NCBI GenBank assembly: GCA_009602735.1
Contig: WELA01000598.1
Span: 51,321-115,320, forward strand
From: Mesotaenium endlicherianum
Lineage: Eukaryota
DNA: 64,000 nt
Direction: 5' to 3'
Numbering within the stretch: the stretch's first letter is position 1; the number at the start of each line of letters is the position of its first letter. The notes under the pieces are model-generated. The model made no database searches. It had not been told where the DNA came from and saw nothing but the letters and a program-made list of their open reading frames with translations. Shown here one piece after another: positions 60,994-64,000 of this stretch. A program made the translations under genes and the position numbers.

Positions 60994-63542
60994 GCCCTTA
61001 AGAGATACGAGTCACCTGTGTAAATTCCTGCCGCACGTTTGAACCACCAATCAAGCAGGGCCTACCACCACAACAAGAGACAAAGCGAGGTGAATAAAGG
61101 TGTGTGGCCTTGATGTCATGATTGAAGTGTATTTTATCCTGTCCTGCTCTCAATCTTCTTAATCAAGTGAATCAAGTCCCTTGACCTCTTTTATACACCT
61201 TCTTTGACAGCATGTGCGTTTAATGGAGAACCGATTAATGATTAAGACAAAGCGGAAGCATGATGCTGTTCATTAATACCAACATTCTACACAGCAAGCT
61301 GCTTCAATATAAAGTGCCACTGGTTTTCACTTTTGCACAACTTGTTTCTGCTATGTTGATGCATAGCCAATTTAGCATCAGCTTTCAACACAAGAAGCTT
61401 AGTGCTGATCAGAAACACTGCGACAGGAGAGTAGTCCACTTTGTTGCGGAATCTTCGTAGTGATGCATCAACAGATTTGTGAGGCAGGTTTGCGAAGCAG
61501 GCAGTACAGAGTGACATGGACTGTTAGGACAATAACCTAGAACAATATGCTTGTCCTTCCAAAACTAGCGCGTTTTAGCTTTTGCACAAGGGGGAGCATC
61601 CCAAGTACATAATAAGGAATTACACTGTCTTAAACTGGCATATAATGGACACACAACCAGATAAGTATTCTCAGATAGCCTGCAATGAACTCACTAGTTT
61701 TGAGGTATGGGATCTTAATTGGGCAGTTTGAAACACTAACCTGCAGATGAAAATAATCATTTGAGAGAGTAATCCTTGTACGAACCTTCATAGAAGGTCC
61801 ATTGGCGTCCACATGTATGTGTGCATTAGTGATCACTTTAAGCTTGCTGGCCTCAATTAATAAGACCGATACTATGCTTGGAGTACTTCAATTCCTCTTA
61901 CAAGATCTACGTATCTTGTAAGCAAGAGCTGCTTGCAAATGTGACAGGCACTTTATCTATTGAGCAAGTTAAATGTACAGCATTTTGGTCATGGCTATGC
62001 CCACCACTCAATTTGGCCCTTTTCAATCAGAAGATCACTAGGTGCTTAGATTCCTCCCATACCAAGATGACACGTTTGTTCCGATGGAGGCCCTTAATTG
62101 GACCAATGTTGTGACAGTAAGACGGAAGCCATTAGTAGCTATTCTGGTGCCTTGTGTGGATTCACTTCATGGCAGTAAATTCCAGCTTTCACATTGCTGT
62201 TCACTGCACCCTGAGAATGGGCAAGGGGCGAAACTCAAAATAGGGGTTCGTTTTTGGCAAGGGCTGGCGCGATTTTAACCAATTTGGAGGCTGGAAATGA
62301 ATAACCACATGTCTTGCATCCCGCTGGAAAATAAGCCCAAGTTAGAACGGCTTGTTTTTCCATTGATCCTTAGGATTGTTTTCCTGCCCACTTAGTGACG
62401 TTTGTGTACCCCTGTTGTTGGTTGTTAATTCCACCCTCAATCCTGGAATACAATACACCCCGTCTTCTCACTGTACACTTTTTCTTCTTAATTATGCACA
62501 TTCTGTACACCAAAATAGTGGAGTTATTTCCTGCCTCTTGGGATGTGCGTTATTATTCTCCTCCAAGGTGTGCACTATCCTTCTCCTTTTTGACACATTT
62601 CCCTTTGAAATTGTGGGAGGAATTTTTCTTCAAATGCTTACCATCAATTTAAGCCTCCAACACTCTCCAAATGCCAGTAACAAACTGCATAATTAATGTT
62701 CAATGCGATTCATATTCACACAATAAAAAGTAATGTACATTTCCATTGTATCCACAACTCTACAACTACTACTCAACTACTGGTTACACTTCATTTCGAG
62801 GATTGCTCTTACCAATAAAGCCAACAGGCTACCTACTTCAACTAAAAGGCAGCACACATGCCGAGGTGTCTAGATGTGGGACATAGGCCAGCGCTGTCAG
62901 ACAAATATCACGCCACAACCTAGTCAAGGTGTCCTCTTACCTCACATCATGCATTCTAGAACTACAAGGCACATGACCCCTGACCACAAGCACCCAGAGG
63001 AACTACTATCTCTTAGTCACTTCTTCTGTTGCTTCTGTACTGGAAGTGAGGGCGAGGCCCTTCCCAACGATGCTGAGAAACTTCCTCTGCTTCCTCGACC
63101 CCCCCTCAGCACTTTTCCCTTGCCTGCACACAACCATTTCATTATCAATGCTGCGCACTTGCACTGTGGTGGTATTCAACGTCACCACATACTGCCCTTC
63201 ATGTGCACGGCAAAGAAACTCATTATTACGATTCTGATGCAGTGGGTGTTACAGGTGTTTTTGGGTGAGTGCGTGCATGTGTCTGTATGCGATGCATAAC
63301 GGAGTATGTTTCGAAGCAACATTGTCATACATACACCCCCCACTCCGCCCACCATTAACCAGCAGCAAAGCAACAAAAGCATTCTGACCGGTGTGTGACA
63401 TGACGCCCAAGCCCTGCTGTGTATGCACATGCACGACGGCTTTCACATGCACCTTTAAGTTCACAATAAAGCAACTATGACAACGCAAAATCTCGAGGGT
63501 AAACACGTGCATTAAATAATAACCTGAACAGCTTGCACATAC

Positions 63543-63816
63543 CTCTATTCATGGAGTACTTTGGAGACATTGGCTCATCATCTTTGTCGTCAGATCCAGA
63601 TGAAGCTCCCTTGTTGCTCTCTTCTGATGGCGCGGACTCACTACTTGAGTCGTTCTTCTTGTCATCGTTCTCGACAGGCGTGTGCTCTGCCGCTGCCACG
63701 TTGACTTTCTGCAACCTCAACCGTTTCCCAAGCCAAGTTAGAACTAATCTGCTTGCATTAGTCCCATTCAAGCAACACGTGCTACATATACTTTCTACCT
63801 TGCAACTTCCTCGCAC
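63543..63816 (-). CDS. Possible internal exon (acidic Ser/Asp/Glu-rich) of a gene extending beyond the window
   Basis: Open frame bounded by tag| and |gtatgt, encoding DDKKNDSSSESAPSEESNKGASSGSDDKDDE; no recognisable family. Confidence 0.2.
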
Positions 63817-64000
63817 CTACACTTGCAATGTGAGTCACTTAATTGCGCCTTTCATCCACATGACACTGTGTATTACAATGAACATATATGGCATATAGGC
63901 AATACTTCCACGCAGGTCTGCTCGTGCATGACTTATCTGAGCTTCACCAGGTACTTATGGCACACCATCACTTCATGCATGCACACGAACTCTTCTAAGC

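Noticed and set aside
32500..62650. Faint similarity between upstream flanks of the F-box copies (e.g. gagaatgg..a.g.gcgaaa at ~32915 and ~62214)
   Set aside because: Matches are too short to support a segmental duplication by eye.
1..64000. CRISPR arrays, rRNA, tRNA genes or prokaryotic operons
   Set aside because: None seen; the repeats are microsatellites, LTRs or TE-derived, and the tRNA-like 12-mers are retroelement primer-binding sites.

Overview
Eukaryotic nuclear DNA with GT-AG introns, microsatellites, two assembly gaps and a plant-type TTTAGGG tract. Gene content and intron style suggest a streptophyte, probably a charophyte alga (inference). Host genes: the 3' end of a TraB-family gene (+), an OTU-like cysteine protease (+, 4 exons), mitochondrial inner-membrane peptidase IMP1 (-, 4 exons), and three intronless F-box/LRR-like paralogues (-; one intact, two pseudogenised). 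Mobile DNA: (i) a decayed full-length Ty3/Gypsy chromovirus (9303-16144, TSD ATGCT) carrying an unrelated solo LTR (12984-13705, TSD GCAAG) and a candidate -1 frameshift signal; (ii) a younger, essentially non-coding LTR element (37020-41656, TSD CTGAA) that shares LTR termini, PBS, PPT region and a ~135-bp internal block with the chromovirus, so it is a likely non-autonomous partner; (iii) an older Gypsy-like relic (~3.5-5.6 kb) with gag zinc knuckle, aspartic protease and a probable cytosine-methyltransferase N-terminus, next to a ~2.9-kb inverted repeat. The most interesting candidates are the DNMT-bearing retroelement relic, the autonomous/non-autonomous pair and the F-box family with a conserved Cys-rich C-terminal module. 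All homology calls were made by eye and need HMM/BLAST confirmation.
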